A stretch of DNA of 64,000 bases from Bispira polyomma (lineage: Eukaryota). Below the pieces are notes generated by a model. The model was not told where the DNA came from. It made no database searches and saw only the letters and a list, made by a program, of their open reading frames with translations. Both the position numbers and the translations under genes were made by a program. Position 1 is the stretch's first letter, and the number at the start of each line of letters is the position of its first letter. This document shows positions 62,780 to 64,000 of the stretch, one piece after another. The DNA lies in the NCBI GenBank assembly GCA_965649765.1, contig OZ287756.1:7874001-7938000 (forward strand), written 5' to 3'.

Positions 62780-63900
62780 ATGTTTGGCTAAAAATAATTA
62801 TATTACCAGTACTATCTCAAGTAGGTACTCACCATCTGTACCCAAGGTTAACAGGGTTTGTCTCCAGTGGGAAGTAATACACAACTTCGCCAGGGTAATC
62901 AAGTTGCCCAAATGTTATTTGCTACCTACTTACGCTTCCATACCACACCTCCATTTTAAACAATGTAACTTACTTAGAATCATTATTGTAGTTATTGTAA
63001 ATGAATTAACTTGCTTTCAGTAATTGAAAAGTCTAGTAGCCATTGAACACAGCTTTTAAATCAGCCCACTTTTACAGCAGTTTATGTTGCCATATGACTG
63101 TTGACAAATGCAGAATGTGAGAAAATTTGTAAAAAAAAGCAAATTGATTCTTTTTAAATCTGTGTTAAAACATATAGCACATGTGCACAGAGAAGAACCT
63201 TATGTCGATAATATAAAGTCTAACAATTCATTTGTGGAATAAAGTACCTATTTTAAACTATCACAAAATACTAAAGGACCAGTACAGGAATAAAAGAGAC
63301 TATATTCTTCCGTTAGGCTACGCCGGTGATATTTTGTATTTACTATTCAATTGAGATAAATGAGTTCACCAATATGAGGGACAAAAGTGTGATTCAATTC
63401 ATCACACTGATTTCCCATTGAACACTTCTAACCACTAATTATTCCCCTTTTATGAAACGTGATGTATCATTTAGCAATACTGGCTTCCTCTAAGCTATCA
63501 CACAAAACCAAACACTATAAATACTATATTTCTATAGATAGTACCCAACTTTCTTTCCTCGGGGTAATTTAAAGCATTACAACAGTGGCACATTTTGTGA
63601 CTTCCCAGTGGATAACAGGAATATACACAGTAATTGCCCTTCCAACAGAGAGGAAAAAAGAGGTTAGCTTTCGGTATTCATAATGGGGTAATTTTGCACT
63701 GTACTGCAGCATACGCCACAATGCTTATTAAAATGAAGTGATACTTTGTGTTTTTTAGAAATGATAAAATCTTATGGATATAAGTAATTGAGTATGGTTG
63801 TATTGGTATTTTAAGCTGTATCTAACTTCCTAATAATTGCAAATAGATAAAATAAGATTCACATTTATGCACTCATGTCTCGTGTATATTTATGTAAAAG
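62780..63900 (+). repeat. Further diverged copy of the array unit (paralogue of 45480-46980 and 58650-60830)
   Basis: Shared blocks such as ACCCAAGGT, GGTAATCAAG.TG.CCAAATG, GAACAC.TCTAACCACTAATT and ATTCATAATGGGGTAAT. Confidence 0.8.
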
Positions 63901-64000
63901 ATAATTATATAAAATTAAGCATTAAAAGTCCAATGCAATTATGTCTCCCGATTTTATGAATATCCTTGCCTCCATAAGACTTACTTGTTTTGTACATTAG

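Overview
AT-rich eukaryotic DNA, probably from an invertebrate such as a mollusc (not provable from this window), made almost entirely of transposon-derived sequence. I found no host protein-coding gene. The window is dominated by tyrosine-recombinase (YR) retrotransposons of the DIRS/Ngaro type, with gag-like, RT/RNase H and YR ORFs on one strand and no visible methyltransferase. Three are recognisable but mutated: E1 (~7211-11773, -), E2 (~24154-34171, +) and E3 (~27504-32638, -, nested in the YR gene of E2). Many older YR-element fossils have been multiplied by a large inverted duplication (1-3365 vs 6800-13370) and by a head-to-tail array of diverged multi-kb units (~23.6-63.9 kb, including a young ~6 kb tandem duplication). 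Also present are a near full-length dead APE-RT LINE (~17.6-22.6 kb), an 805-bp solo LTR with a 5-bp TSD, a Harbinger-like MITE, several tRNA-derived SINEs, an L2 fragment, a 74-bp tandem repeat and a 28-bp minisatellite. The most interesting signal comes from comparing the three divergent YR elements, which suggests a retrovirus-like expression programme. E1 and E2 have an A_AAA_AAC slippery site plus hairpin placing pol in the -1 frame of gag. A phase-1 splice donor in gag is matched by a phase-1 acceptor in front of YR, implying a spliced Gag-YR fusion. The elements also carry E2F-like and TATA/Inr motifs at the 5' end, short patchy terminal inverted repeats instead of long or split repeats, and clusters of a TTAAGGTNACCTTAA palindrome downstream of YR. 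All alignments were done by eye, so boundaries are approximate.
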